64,000 nt of DNA, from assembly GCA_965249485.1 (NCBI GenBank), contig OZ252239.1, forward strand, positions 2,432,001 through 2,496,000, read 5' to 3'. The position numbers were made by a program, and so were the translations under genes. Below the pieces are notes generated by a model that was not told the DNA's origin, searched no databases, and saw nothing but the letters and a program-made list of their open reading frames with translations. This DNA comes from a bacterium. GTDB taxonomy: Bacteria; SM23-31. Below are positions 51,647 through 62,901 of this stretch, piece after piece (position 1 is the first letter of the stretch; every line of letters begins with the position of its first letter).

Positions 51647-52456
51647 CTAACCGCATAAAACAGCACCGCCATTAACATTGATCACCTCTCCTGTTATATG
51701 CCGGGCAAAATCGGAAGCGAGGAAGAGAATCGGTCCGGCAATATCCTCAGGTGATGGAATGCGTTTTAAGGGGATACCATCTGAAATTTCCTTTTTGGTC
51801 TTCGCATCAGAAAGAACACTGGTATTAAGATCGGTATCGACCCAACCCGGAGCAATACTATTAACAAGAATATTGTCCTGGGCAAGCTCTGCCGCGAGCG
51901 ACTTAGTGAATGAAATGATGGCACCCTTGGTAGCTGCATAATGGGAATGGAGAGCTTCGCCACGTTGACCTGCTGTAGAGGACAGGTTAATAATTCTTCC
52001 GCCGCCCTGCTTCCGCATAATTCTTACACCAGCCTGGCAGAGAAGAAAAAAGCTTTTGAGATTGACATCCATCATTTCGTCCCATGTGTCTTCAGACATT
52101 TCACCAATGGGGCCGTCGTTCCAGATACCATGATTATTCACGAGAATATCAATTTTGGCAAATTTAGTCATCGTTGCGTCAATAAACTTTTTCACATCCT
52201 CAGAATGGGAAAGATCGGCTTGAACTGTAACGCACATTCTACCTAGCTTTTCAACGTCTTGTTGTATTTTTGCTGCTGCTTCTTTATTTGTTTTAAAGTT
52301 GATTGCTACGTCCGATCCTGCTTGAGCGAACAGAATAGCTGCAGCAGCGCCAATTCCACGGGAACCACCGGTTATAATCGTTACTTTGCCATCTAAATTA
52401 ATCATAAAGCCCCTCGAATAGGTTGTACAATAAATATGAAGGGCAATTGTAATCAT
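51647..52456 (-). CDS. SDR oxidoreductase (FabG-like)
   Basis: TGGSRGIG, NNHG, YAATK and PGWVDT motifs. Confidence 0.9.
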   Translation of the reverse strand: MITIALHIYCTTYSRGFMINLDGKVTIITGGSRGIGAAAAILFAQAGSDVAINFKTNKEAAAKIQQDVEKLGRMCVTVQADLSHSEDVKKFIDATMTKFAKIDILVNNHGIWNDGPIGEMSEDTWDEMMDVNLKSFFLLCQAGVRIMRKQGGGRIINLSSTAGQRGEALHSHYAATKGAIISFTKSLAAELAQDNILVNSIAPGWVDTDLNTSVLSDAKTKKEISDGIPLKRIPSPEDIAGPILFLASDFARHITGEVINVNGGAVLCG

Positions 52457-52549
52457 TTTTTAGCATATTTTCAATTGATTTTTGTAATACTGTTGATCGG
52501 TGATTTTTCTTGCTTTTATATGAGTGTATCGCTATTTTTTCAATAAGTA

Positions 52550-53647
52550 TTGTTACAATTATGCTCAACTTGCCCGAAAATAACGTCTAAAATAAATCCT
52601 CAATTATCTGATGAAATGATCGAATTTCAACGCTTACCAGAGCTCTATAAAAGAATTCTGAAAATCCTTCTTCTTATAGGAGTAGTCATAACCTTTGGTA
52701 CGACCGGTTTTACGATAATTCAACCTGAGCACACGCTTTTTGATGCATTTTATATGACGATCATAACACTTTCGACTGTTGGATACCAGGAAGTACTCCC
52801 ATTATCAACAGGAGCACGTGCATTCACAATAGTTTTGATTGGAATTGGAATTGGCTGTCTCGGATATGGTGTCAGCTCGATAACATCATTTATAGTAGAA
52901 GGTGAAATCAAAAACACATTCAGGAATCGAAAAATGGATAAAGCTATTAAAAAACTGAAAAATCATATAATATTGTGCGGTCATGGCAGATTGGGAAGCC
53001 ATGCTGCAAAAGAATTACTCAATTGGAAGCAGCCATTTGTTGTCATTGAGAGCAACCGGGAAATTGCCGAATCACTCAAAGAAGTCGGTGAGATTATCTG
53101 TTTACAAGGTAACGCAACAGAAGACGCAGTCCTGTTAGAGGCAGGAGTTCAGCACGCTAAAGGACTTATTACCGCATTATCGGAAGATACCGACAACCTG
53201 TTTGTTGCACTGTCTGCACGGCGTTTGAATAAGGATTTAACCATAATATCGCGTGCTGAATACATGAGCTCGGAAGAAAAACTCATCACCGCCGGTGCCA
53301 ATAAAGTCATGTCTCCCGCTCAAATTGCGGGGAGGAGGATGGCATCAATGCTTATAAATCCTGAGGTAGCCGATTTTCTGGATGTGTTTGTCGATTCGTG
53401 GGATCTGAATCTATCGCTGCAGGAGCTTCATATCAGGGAGGGGTGCGAACTTGACGGTGTTCTGATCAAAAATTCAAACCTACCTCATGAAATCCGTGTT
53501 ATCGGTCTGAAAGACGAGAATGGAAAAATGGAAATTAATCCTGGCGGTGATTCTATTATCAATGCCAAAAGAACATTGATTATACTTGGTTCACGGGAGA
53601 AGATTGATCAGCTCCGTGCACATTCCGGCATTGAAGTTACAACATGA
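52550..53647 (+). CDS. Potassium channel protein with TrkA-N/C (RCK) domains
   Basis: TLSTVGY filter, CGHGRLG Rossmann motif. Confidence 0.9.
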   Translation: MLQLCSTCPKITSKINPQLSDEMIEFQRLPELYKRILKILLLIGVVITFGTTGFTIIQPEHTLFDAFYMTIITLSTVGYQEVLPLSTGARAFTIVLIGIGIGCLGYGVSSITSFIVEGEIKNTFRNRKMDKAIKKLKNHIILCGHGRLGSHAAKELLNWKQPFVVIESNREIAESLKEVGEIICLQGNATEDAVLLEAGVQHAKGLITALSEDTDNLFVALSARRLNKDLTIISRAEYMSSEEKLITAGANKVMSPAQIAGRRMASMLINPEVADFLDVFVDSWDLNLSLQELHIREGCELDGVLIKNSNLPHEIRVIGLKDENGKMEINPGGDSIINAKRTLIILGSREKIDQLRAHSGIEVTT

Positions 53648-53706
53648 TTGAATCACGCTATTTTATAATTAATTACCGAAAGTAACATTAACCGGCGTGT
53701 ATTATC

Positions 53707-54558
53707 ATGAATATAAGACTACAATGTGCAGAAAATTTTTATCCTGGAAAGCTGCAGGACCAGATTGAGGGCTTTATTTCTGAATTCGAACAACCGGATG
53801 ATTTAACTTCACCGATAGCCGGTGTGGTTCCGCATGCAGGATGGATGTTTTCGGGAAGAATTGCCGCCCAGGTTTTTGCAGTTTTCAAAAAATGCAGCAA
53901 GCCTGATACCTTCATATTGTTCGGTACGGTTCACAATATTCATCAGGTTCCGAAATCTGCTGTTTATGGTGAAGGGTGTTGGAATACACCTTTTGGAGAT
54001 ATTGAAATTGACGAAGATTTAGCAGAATACATTATGGAAAGTATTCCTGAACTCATCGTGAACAATATAGACGCACATAATGGAGAACACTCTCTTGAAG
54101 TGCAGATTCCGTTTATAAAATATTTGTTCCCTGATTCAAAGATAGTTCCCATTGCTGTTCGTCCTGAAATGAATGCTGTAGAAATAGGAAATAATATATC
54201 TTCTATTGTGCAGAATAGTGAGAAATCTATTAAGATCGTCGGAACCACCGACTTAACCCATTACGGACACAACTACGGATTTGCACCTGCAGGTCAAGGA
54301 GATAAAGCACTTGACTGGATGAACGAAAATGACAAATCGATTATAAATCTCGCTCTGTCGATGAATGCGGATAAAATTGTTGAAGAAGCTCAAACGAATC
54401 ACAATGCCTGTGGTTCGGGAGCATTGGCTGCTACTGTTTCATTTGCACGCTCATTGGGAATCCAACGTGGCAGGCTCCTTGACTATGCTACGAGTTATGA
54501 TGTTATGCCCGATCCTGAGTTTACAATGGGGGTGGGATATGCAGGAATTGTGTTCTGA
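53707..54558 (+). CDS. amrB: AmmeMemoRadiSam protein B (MEMO1 family)
   Basis: PHAGW, EHSLEVQIPF, DLTHYG, NACG and VGYAG motifs. Confidence 0.9.
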   Translation: MNIRLQCAENFYPGKLQDQIEGFISEFEQPDDLTSPIAGVVPHAGWMFSGRIAAQVFAVFKKCSKPDTFILFGTVHNIHQVPKSAVYGEGCWNTPFGDIEIDEDLAEYIMESIPELIVNNIDAHNGEHSLEVQIPFIKYLFPDSKIVPIAVRPEMNAVEIGNNISSIVQNSEKSIKIVGTTDLTHYGHNYGFAPAGQGDKALDWMNENDKSIINLALSMNADKIVEEAQTNHNACGSGALAATVSFARSLGIQRGRLLDYATSYDVMPDPEFTMGVGYAGIVF

Positions 54559-54709
54559 AGAGATTTATCAAGATTGCTACGAAAGTAGCCTTCAAAGCAG
54601 AAATGTTATTTTTTAATTGTCACAGTGATGATAATTATAAATAACTTTATCAATATCAGAGGCACTTGTAAAAAATAAGCAACTCAGTCACACTTTTTTT
54701 TATGCATTA

Positions 54710-55885
54710 ATGTCATTTATAATTGGGTGTTCACAGAATGAACCAGTGACATTAGATCAACAATCTATTCAAGAAATCAAAACTCCTTCAGGAAAAGGCA
54801 GCAAGGGACCAAATCTTGTAACCGGAGATGATGGAAATGTATATTTAAGCTGGATTGAATCTGACGAAGAAAAAGGTAATATATTCAAGTATGCTTCGTA
54901 TAAGGAGAGTAAATGGTCTCAACCCAGCATAATTACTCAAGGGGATGATTGGTTTGTGAGTGAAGCCGATTATTCTTCTTTAGCTGTTCGAGGCGATGGT
55001 TCTATGGCGGCGCATTGGTTACCTAAAACCGGCGAAGAATATTATGCTTATGACATTAATATTACACAATCTTCAAATGGTGGAAAGATATGGAAAACTC
55101 CTTTTAGTCCTCATGATGACGGTGTAAAGTCTGATCATGGCTTTGTATCTATTTTACCGTGGGATGATAACCGTTTTTTCATCACATGGTTAGACGGACG
55201 TAATAATTTCACAACAAAGGAGATGATGTTGCGTTTTGCACTATTTGACGACGATGGTCTATTGTATAATGAAGAAGTTTTTGATTACCGTGTTTGCGAT
55301 TGTTGTCAGACTTCTGCTGTTCGGACGAAAAATGGCGCTGTAGTAGTCTATCGTGATCGTTCTGAGGAAGAAATCCGCGACATTGCATACATACGATATC
55401 TTGAGGGTTCATGGACTGAACCTCAGATTTTATACAAAGACGACTGGTTAATTAAAGGCTGTCCTGTTAACGGACCATCTGTTGCTGCATTAGACGAAAT
55501 TGTAGCTGTGGCTTAGTTCACAGGAGCAAACTTAAAATCAGCGGTCAAAGTTATTTTTTCCAAAGATGAAGGCGAGAATTTCGGCCAACCTATTTTTGTA
55601 GATGACGGAAAACCAATGGGACGTGTAGATATTGTCATGCTCCCGGATGGTACAGCATTAGTCAGCTGGTTGGAATTTGTCGGTATAAGTAGCGAAATTC
55701 GTGTCCGTCGTGTTTATCCTAATGGGATGAAAGATTCCTCATTTACTTTGGAAAAGGCGGGTGGTGGAAGTGTAAGCGGTTGGCCACAAATAGAAATCAT
55801 TAATGATGAAATAATTTTTGCATGGACCAATTCAGAGAGCCCTTCTATTATAAGATCAGCAACAGAGAAACTGATAAGATTTTAG
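54710..55885 (+). pseudogene. BNR/sialidase-like beta-propeller lipoprotein with an in-frame TAG at 55514-55516
   Basis: S.NGGK.W and SKDEGENF Asp-boxes, VCDCC and GCPVNGP; frame continues VAVA*FTGA... into ORF 55616..55885. Confidence 0.75.
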
Positions 55886-55932
55886 ATTGTTTGTCATTGA
55901 ACATTTTGGTTTAATTTACGGTAGACAAATAC

Positions 55933-56844
55933 TTACTCTTCTTGAGATGTAAGGTGATTGAGTAGAAGTTCCTTGATCGGATCAAAGGGCATGTCGATTC
56001 CCGTCCAAATTTTAAACGATTGAGCACCCTGATAGATGAACATGTCAAGCCCCGAAAGTGTTAAAGCACCTCGTTTTTCTGCGCTCTGAATAAATGATGT
56101 GCGGAGTGGGGTATATATAATATCATACGCTATTTGACCTGGACGGAAAAAGCGTGTACAATAGTCGGGAAAATCCTGTTTGAAGCCTTTCATTCCTAAC
56201 GGTGTACAATTAACTAGCAGTCTGCTCTCCCAAATCAGTTCCCCTAGCTCTGCACTGTTGTTTAATTCCATCCAATCCAGCATTGTCGACCCTTTTTTCC
56301 ATTTTTCTGCGTTGTCCAGCAGGTTTTCCGCTTGTTCCTTGTCTTCAATCCGCGTAATCATGGTGAGCTTCGGAAAGTTGAAATTGTGCAGCAGTCCAAA
56401 TAAAACTGTTCTTGCTACACCTCCCGAACCAAAAACAATTACCGGTTCGTGTTCAATGGGTTTCACATATTCTCGTAGGGGTGTGAGAAATCCTTCAAGA
56501 TCTGTGTTGTAGCCTTTTCGTTTGCCATCAACAAAATGAATCGTATTAACAGATCCAATACTTGCTGCTTCAGAAGAGATGTCATCGAGATATTGTTGAA
56601 TATGCTCTTTCAATGGGAGTGTGATATTCAAACCGGTTAGGCCACTATCAAAAACTTCCTTTAATGCCAATTCAAGATCAGGAACATCGACAGAGAATGG
56701 AAAATAGACAGCATCAATATTGGTAAGGCTGTAAGCTTTATTGTGCATAAGAGGAGAGAGACTGTGGGACACAGGAAACCCAAAGAGTCCATACACATTT
56801 TTCCCCGATTCTATTTCCGGACGGATTTTTGCAAGATTTTCCAA
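55933..56844 (-). CDS. aroE: Shikimate dehydrogenase
   Basis: HSLSP.MHN, N.T.P.K, SVNT, NTD..G and G.DM..YQG motifs. Confidence 0.93.
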   Translation of the reverse strand: MENLAKIRPEIESGKNVYGLFGFPVSHSLSPLMHNKAYSLTNIDAVYFPFSVDVPDLELALKEVFDSGLTGLNITLPLKEHIQQYLDDISSEAASIGSVNTIHFVDGKRKGYNTDLEGFLTPLREYVKPIEHEPVIVFGSGGVARTVLFGLLHNFNFPKLTMITRIEDKEQAENLLDNAEKWKKGSTMLDWMELNNSAELGELIWESRLLVNCTPLGMKGFKQDFPDYCTRFFRPGQIAYDIIYTPLRTSFIQSAEKRGALTLSGLDMFIYQGAQSFKIWTGIDMPFDPIKELLLNHLTSQEE

Positions 56845-56900
56845 TGATTTTTCCTTATCGGAGATGGTGATAATAAGAAGTAGTATACAGCATCATGCTC

Positions 56901-57338
56901 TTAGGCAAGGTCATGCAGTGCATCAACCGCCAGGAGATACCCTTGTGCACCGATTCCGAAAATGCCTCCAGTCGCTGCCTTAGATGTATGAGAATGGTGA
57001 CGGAACGATTCACGTTTATGGATATTAGAGAGATGTACCTCGATTATCGGACACGATAGCGCCGTAAGTGCGTCATAGAGAGCAATGCTGGTATGCGTAT
57101 ATGCACCGGGATTGATAATTAATCCATCCATCCATGCGCGGTTTTCATGAATAGCATCCAGTAGTGCGCCTTCATGATTTGACTGAAAAAAACGGCACTC
57201 AATACCATGCGATTCTGCTTTATTCTCGATAAGATTGTTGATATCCTGTAGGGTTTGCGAACCGTAAATTTCAGGTTCCCGCTCTCCGAGTAGATTCAAA
57301 TTTGGACCATGAACAACAAATATTTTTTTCATGTTCAC
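56901..57338 (-). CDS. aroQ: Type II 3-dehydroquinate dehydratase
   Basis: GPNLNLLG.REP.IYG, NPGAYTH and EVHLSN motifs. Confidence 0.96.
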   Translation of the reverse strand: MNMKKIFVVHGPNLNLLGEREPEIYGSQTLQDINNLIENKAESHGIECRFFQSNHEGALLDAIHENRAWMDGLIINPGAYTHTSIALYDALTALSCPIIEVHLSNIHKRESFRHHSHTSKAATGGIFGIGAQGYLLAVDALHDLA

Positions 57339-57357
57339 ACCATAGTTTATATAAAAA

Positions 57358-58449
57358 TTAGTTATATTTAATATAGGTAAATGCGTCTTCCATATCCGAT
57401 TCAGTAATTTCGGTTGAAATCTGAGTATTGCCTATTGATTCGAGTAAAACAAACCGGAGTTTTGCATCTACATTTTTTTTATCTTTCTTAATGTACTCTC
57501 GAATAGTACCAAAATCGAGACCTTTCAGATCAATTCCTCCATCTAGACGTTTAAGGTCAGTATCAACACGCACGTAGTCATCATCAGACAATACCTTTTT
57601 CTGGTGCGAAACACGGAGTGCTGCACGCATCCCTAACAATACAGCCTCACCGTGAATTATAGTGCCGGCACCTAATGCTCCTTCTATGGCATGTCCGATT
57701 GTGTGACCGAAATTGAGAATTCTTCGAATTCCCGATTCTTTTTCATCTTGACTGACCACATCTGCTTTAACGAGCACACTTTTTCTGATAATATCTGCAA
57801 CAAGATCGATATCCGATAGCGAAATAATTTCATCGAGATTCGAATAAATAGTGTGATACAATTTAGGGTCGCTAATAAGCCCGGTTTTCACAACCTCTGC
57901 TAATCCTGCAACAATCTGTCTCTGGGAAAGCGTTTTTAGCACTTCCGGATCGATAAATACAGCTTTGGGTTGGTAAAAAGAACCAACTAAGTTTTTAATC
58001 CCGTCTAAATTTACTCCAACTTTACCGCCAACCGAACTATCGCACACTGAAAGAAGAGTGGTCGGTATCTGGACATAATGAATTCCTCTTAAGTAGATTG
58101 CGGCAACAAAACCGCCGACATCGCCAACAACTCCGCCTCCAAATGCAACAACAGCAGAATTTCTGTCTAATTGGTCTTTAACAAGCTGACTGCAGAGATC
58201 GGTAACGATTTCCGTCGATTTCGATTGTTCTCCCGGCTCAAATGTGTGTTGCGTACAGGTAAATCCAGACTCCTCAAGTGTTTGTAATAATGGAACTCCA
58301 TAGAGTTCAAAAACTGTTGTATCGCTGATAATTGCCAACCGTTTACCCGTCAACACCTTTTTAAGATAATCACCTATATGCCGAAGAAGTCCAGATTCAA
58401 TCACTATATCATAACTTCGATCATCCAATTCAACATGAATATTTGACAT
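57358..58449 (-). CDS. aroB: 3-dehydroquinate synthase
   Basis: GGGVVGD, PTTLL..DSSVGGK and LNFGHTIGHA motifs. Confidence 0.96.
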   Translation of the reverse strand: MSNIHVELDDRSYDIVIESGLLRHIGDYLKKVLTGKRLAIISDTTVFELYGVPLLQTLEESGFTCTQHTFEPGEQSKSTEIVTDLCSQLVKDQLDRNSAVVAFGGGVVGDVGGFVAAIYLRGIHYVQIPTTLLSVCDSSVGGKVGVNLDGIKNLVGSFYQPKAVFIDPEVLKTLSQRQIVAGLAEVVKTGLISDPKLYHTIYSNLDEIISLSDIDLVADIIRKSVLVKADVVSQDEKESGIRRILNFGHTIGHAIEGALGAGTIIHGEAVLLGMRAALRVSHQKKVLSDDDYVRVDTDLKRLDGGIDLKGLDFGTIREYIKKDKKNVDAKLRFVLLESIGNTQISTEITESDMEDAFTYIKYN

Positions 58450-58472
58450 TGTATAATAATTCTCCCGTTGGA

Positions 58473-59633
58473 TTAGACTGTTCTTCTTGTGTCATATGTT
58501 GAGCGTATATCATCAATATGATCACCGCTGAATTTTTCGAGAAATACTTGTGCAAGGACAAGTGATAAAACTGCTTCTCCCACAACGCCTGCTGCAGGTA
58601 CCGCACAAATATCAGAGCGTTCAACACGTGCTAAAACAGCCTCCCGAGTTTTCATGTCAACCGAATCGAGAGCAGAGAGGAGGGTTGAAATCGGTTTCAT
58701 AGTGATTGTCACAACCAGTGGTTGACCGTTTGTAATCCCTCCTTCGAGTCCACCGGCGTTATTGGTTCTTCGAATTATCGCCTGCGTTGACTGCTCTTTG
58801 TCTATCGGATCATGTACTTCAGAGCCAAATCTTCGTCCACATTCTATTCCAAGTCCAATCTCAACCGCTTTAATTGCTGGAATTGACATCATTGCTTCAG
58901 CGATTCGTCCGTCAAGTTTTCTATCCCAATGTGTATGACTTCCCAAACCGACAGGTAAGCCCGATGCAATGATTTCTATTCTACCGCCGACAGTGTCTCC
59001 ATTCTCTTTTGCTTCATCGATAACAGCGATCATTGATTTTTCGGCTTGTGAGTCAAGGCATCTGACAAGAGACTCATCCGCACGCTGTGATTCGAGTAAC
59101 GTTTTTTTGGAATCGAATGTAGCGCTGCTTTTAACTTGATGCATTTCTATTACATGGCTGCCAATTTGAATACCAAATTCTTCCAAAAACTGACGAGTGA
59201 TACCACTGAGTGCTGTACGGGCTGCTGTTTCTCGTGCACTTGCCCGGTCTATTATGTTGCGCATATCCGTATGGCCATATTTGACGGCACCTGCAAGGTC
59301 AGCGTGTCCCGGACGTGGAATAGTGATTTCTGATGGTCTATCTTCATCCGGAATCGGCTCGGAATTCATCCGATTTTTCCAATTAACCCAGTCGTTATTT
59401 TCAACTTCGACAGTGATTGGCGCACCAGTTGTATTTCCAAACCGGATTCCGGAAAGAATAGTGACAGTGTCACTTTCTATCTTCATCCGGCCACCTCTAC
59501 CATAGCCCTGCTGTCTTCGGAAAAGCTGTTGATTTATTTTATCATTGTCAATAACAGCACCGGCTGGCATTCCTTCAAGAATTCCAATAAGCGTTTTCCC
59601 GTGCGATTCACCACTGGTCATATATCTCAGCAT
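58473..59633 (-). CDS. aroC: Chorismate synthase
   Basis: GESHG, PRPGHAD, RASARETA and MKPISTL motifs. Confidence 0.96.
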   Translation of the reverse strand: MLRYMTSGESHGKTLIGILEGMPAGAVIDNDKINQQLFRRQQGYGRGGRMKIESDTVTILSGIRFGNTTGAPITVEVENNDWVNWKNRMNSEPIPDEDRPSEITIPRPGHADLAGAVKYGHTDMRNIIDRASARETAARTALSGITRQFLEEFGIQIGSHVIEMHQVKSSATFDSKKTLLESQRADESLVRCLDSQAEKSMIAVIDEAKENGDTVGGRIEIIASGLPVGLGSHTHWDRKLDGRIAEAMMSIPAIKAVEIGLGIECGRRFGSEVHDPIDKEQSTQAIIRRTNNAGGLEGGITNGQPLVVTITMKPISTLLSALDSVDMKTREAVLARVERSDICAVPAAGVVGEAVLSLVLAQVFLEKFSGDHIDDIRSTYDTRRTV

Positions 59634-59689
59634 AGTATTGTCCTGTAAGTATTTATGTAAATCATATAAAGTTGTGCTTTATAACTAAA

Positions 59690-60994
59690 TTACTTCCTGA
59701 TGCTATTTATTAAATCATAAAAGCCGGGAAATGAAATATCTGCCCAATGGCCTTCTTTAATACTAGTATTTCCATCCAGAGCGGTACCGGCAACTGCAAA
59801 GGCCATAGCTATTCTATGATCTCCGAATGAGTCAAATTCCGCACTATGTTTGTTACGGTTTGAAGATATAATCAGCCCATCAGATAGCTCTTCAACATCA
59901 ATACCCATATTCTCAAGATTTTTGCAAAGAGCGTGGATTCTATCAGTTTCTTTTACTCGTAGTTCTTGTGCATCTCTAATTTCTGTTTTACCTTCAGAAA
60001 AAGCCCCTGCAACAGCTATAATCGGAAGTTCATCTATTACTCTCGGTATAATATCGCCACTTATTGTAATGCCTTTGAGCTTAGAAGATTTAATTACCAG
60101 ATCAGCTACTTCTTCCCCTCCGGTAACAGTAGCGTTATGTTCTTTTATATCTGCGCCCATTAATGTGAGAACATCGATAATACCGGTACGGGTTTTATTC
60201 ATCCCAACATGTTTGATCGTAAGGTGTGAACCGGGCAGGAGACAGGCCAATACCGCAAAAAAAGCCGCGCCTGAAATATCACCCGGAATTGTAAGGTCAA
60301 ATGGCATTAAAGAATCAACGCCGGTAATGGAAATACTATTTGTGCTTGTTTCAGTCTGTACAGGCACTCCACACGAAGATAGCAGACGCTCGGTATGATC
60401 CCTCGAAGGAAGTGGTTCAATCACTGTAGTGGTTCCATGCGCATAAAGTCCTGCGAGTAGTACTGCAGATTTTACTTGTGCACTTGCAACTGGCATTTCA
60501 TACGTGATCGGCTGAAGTTGGGCGGAATTAACGGTGTAGGGGAGATTTCCATCAGTACCCGAGCAGGTAATGTCAGCACCCATTTTTCTTAATGGGATCA
60601 AAATTCTATTCATCGGCCGCTGTTGTAGTGATGCATCACCGGTTAATTCAAATGAATTGCGCTGTCCTGCAAGGATACCTGTTAATAATCGGAGAGTCGT
60701 ACCGGAATTGCCACAATCGAGCGCTTCTTGATTTGAATTAAATCCGTACAGTCCATTTCCCTCAATAATGATAAATTCGGAGCCGGATTTTTCTGTATAA
60801 ATCCCGAGGTTTTGTACACATTTGAGAGCACTTTGGATATCTTCTCCGCTGCCGAGACCTTTGATGCTGCTTGCTCCATCAGCCATAGCTGCTAAAAGAA
60901 CAGCACGAATTGATATCGACTTGTCTCCAGGTACATGAATTGTCCCCTGTGCTGACCCTCCTGGTACGACCGTTATAGTATTCTCTGCGGTCAC
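59690..60994 (-). CDS. aroA: EPSP synthase
   Basis: PGDKSIS, CGNSGTT.R, SAQVKSA, KETDR and DHRIAM motifs. Confidence 0.96.
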   Translation of the reverse strand: MTAENTITVVPGGSAQGTIHVPGDKSISIRAVLLAAMADGASSIKGLGSGEDIQSALKCVQNLGIYTEKSGSEFIIIEGNGLYGFNSNQEALDCGNSGTTLRLLTGILAGQRNSFELTGDASLQQRPMNRILIPLRKMGADITCSGTDGNLPYTVNSAQLQPITYEMPVASAQVKSAVLLAGLYAHGTTTVIEPLPSRDHTERLLSSCGVPVQTETSTNSISITGVDSLMPFDLTIPGDISGAAFFAVLACLLPGSHLTIKHVGMNKTRTGIIDVLTLMGADIKEHNATVTGGEEVADLVIKSSKLKGITISGDIIPRVIDELPIIAVAGAFSEGKTEIRDAQELRVKETDRIHALCKNLENMGIDVEELSDGLIISSNRNKHSAEFDSFGDHRIAMAFAVAGTALDGNTSIKEGHWADISFPGFYDLINSIRK

Positions 60995-62016
60995 TGTATC
61001 TCCGGTAACTTTCTATCAAGAGCTGGTGCTATAATTCTCATTTTATTCATAAGTTGCTCGAATTGCTGAGGATAAAGAGATTGGCGCCCATCAGAAACTG
61101 CTTTGTCCGGCTCTGGGTGCACTTCGACGATGAGTCCATCTGCTCCTGCGCTAATTGAACCGAGCGATAATGATAGTACATTTTCTCTTACTCCCGCAGC
61201 ATGGCTCGGATCGACAATGATAGGCAAATGGCTCAATTTCTTAATCACAGGAATTATGCTGATGTCCAGAGTAAATCGAGAATGCTGGGCAAATGTCCGT
61301 ACACCCCGTTCACATAATACTACATTGTAATTTCCTTCAGCCATAATATATTCAGCTGACATTAAGAATTCCTCTAATGTTGCAGAGAGTCCCCGCTTCA
61401 AGAGAATCGGTTTACCGGTTTTTCCCGCTGCTTTCAAAAGAGAATAGTTCTGAATGTTCCGAGCACCTATTTGAAGCATATCTGCATATTGAGCAACAAG
61501 CAAAAGAGAATCATTATCGATGACCTCAGTCACAAACGGCAATCCGGTTTTTTCTCTTACATTTGCAAGGATTTCAAGACCTTCTTCACCTAAACCCTGA
61601 AAGGAATAGGGTGAAGTGCGAGGTTTGAAGACTCCGCCTCTGAGCATACTGGCGCCTGATTGCTGCAGACGATCAGCAAGCATTGTCATTTGTTCTTTAC
61701 TTTCTACAGCGCATGGACCTGCAATAAATTGAATTTCTTTATCCCCGAACCGGACACCGTTTATATCCAGTATTGTGTTATCAGGCTTTGTTTCCCTGCT
61801 GACAAGTTTGTAGGGTGCCGTTACCCTGATAACCTGAACAACGTCAGGAAGGTTTTCAAAACGGCTTGTATCGATCTGGCCTGTATTCCCGGTGACACCA
61901 ATTGAAGTCCTGAGCGATCCCGGGATACAGTGAGACACAAGACCGGAATCCTGTATGGCTTTGGTCACTTTTTCAATGCTTTTCTCATTGGCATTTTGGG
62001 ACATCACGACGAGCAT
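60991..62016 (-). CDS. aroF: DAHP synthase, class I-beta
   Basis: AGPCAVE, KPRTSPY, LCERG, DPSH, EVHP and SDG motifs. Confidence 0.95.
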   Translation of the reverse strand: MLVVMSQNANEKSIEKVTKAIQDSGLVSHCIPGSLRTSIGVTGNTGQIDTSRFENLPDVVQVIRVTAPYKLVSRETKPDNTILDINGVRFGDKEIQFIAGPCAVESKEQMTMLADRLQQSGASMLRGGVFKPRTSPYSFQGLGEEGLEILANVREKTGLPFVTEVIDNDSLLLVAQYADMLQIGARNIQNYSLLKAAGKTGKPILLKRGLSATLEEFLMSAEYIMAEGNYNVVLCERGVRTFAQHSRFTLDISIIPVIKKLSHLPIIVDPSHAAGVRENVLSLSLGSISAGADGLIVEVHPEPDKAVSDGRQSLYPQQFEQLMNKMRIIAPALDRKLPEIQ

Positions 62017-62025
62017 TATAGATCC

Positions 62026-62886
62026 TTATTGTGTTGCAATAAATTCTTTTCTGAATGTATTGGCAGCTTGAAATGCGTCATTAAGCTCTGGTTTATCCAG
62101 CTGTAATTTTAAACGTTTTAGTTCATCTATATACGTTTGCAGTTGTGTTGCTATATTTTTTCTATTTGACACAAAAATATCTTCCCAGACTGAAAAATCA
62201 CTTTCAGCTATCCGAGTCATATCTTTTAATGCAGGACCGCTCATGGTGAAATATCTTTCATCTAATTTGCTCTCATTACCAACAAGATTCATTAATGCGG
62301 TTGATATTAACTGTGGAAGATGACTGATACTTGAAACAATTTTGTCGTGCATTACTGAATCGATAACGACTCGATTAGCGCCTATTGCTTCAACCATACG
62401 TGACATTCGGTCGAAAACTTCTTTTGGTGTATTACCATCCTGAATTAGGGCATATGCCCGGTCACAAAATAACTCCGGCGAGCTGTTTAACAGGCCTGTT
62501 TTTTCTGAACCTGCCATTGGATGTCCACCAACAAAATTGGTGTCTCCGCTTTGAAAAGTCTGAGCAACTTCCATGATCACATGTTTCGTACTGCCGATAT
62601 CAGTTACAATACAGCCCTTTTTAACAGCCGGCATGACTTTAGGAATGAGGGTACAGATAATCCCGATAGGCACAGCGAGGACAACAAGATCTGCATCTTG
62701 AAGACCTTTTTTCATTTCGGACAAGGGATAACCTGAATCAATCAAATCTTGTTTGAGAGCGTGCGTGTAGGCATCCGAGCGGGTAATGCCGGTGACATGT
62801 TCACTTACCTTATATTTTTTTAACGCTCCGGCAAGGGAGCCGCCAATTATACCAAGACCGATAATGGCTGTCTTCTGAAATAACAT
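62026..62886 (-). CDS. tyrA: Prephenate/arogenate dehydrogenase
   Basis: GLGIIGGS, D.GSTK, HPMAGSE and HD..V..ISHLP motifs. Confidence 0.92.
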   Translation of the reverse strand: MLFQKTAIIGLGIIGGSLAGALKKYKVSEHVTGITRSDAYTHALKQDLIDSGYPLSEMKKGLQDADLVVLAVPIGIICTLIPKVMPAVKKGCIVTDIGSTKHVIMEVAQTFQSGDTNFVGGHPMAGSEKTGLLNSSPELFCDRAYALIQDGNTPKEVFDRMSRMVEAIGANRVVIDSVMHDKIVSSISHLPQLISTALMNLVGNESKLDERYFTMSGPALKDMTRIAESDFSVWEDIFVSNRKNIATQLQTYIDELKRLKLQLDKPELNDAFQAANTFRKEFIATQ

Positions 62887-62901
62887 AATAAAGATTCCTG
62901 A

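Noticed and set aside
1360..55516. TAG reassignment or read-through (TAG at Gln positions 1360 and 12559, and at 55514)
   Set aside because: TAG ends smpB and the SDR gene at their expected C-termini, the 55514 site fits Trp rather than Gln, and other lesions are TAA, TGA or frameshifts
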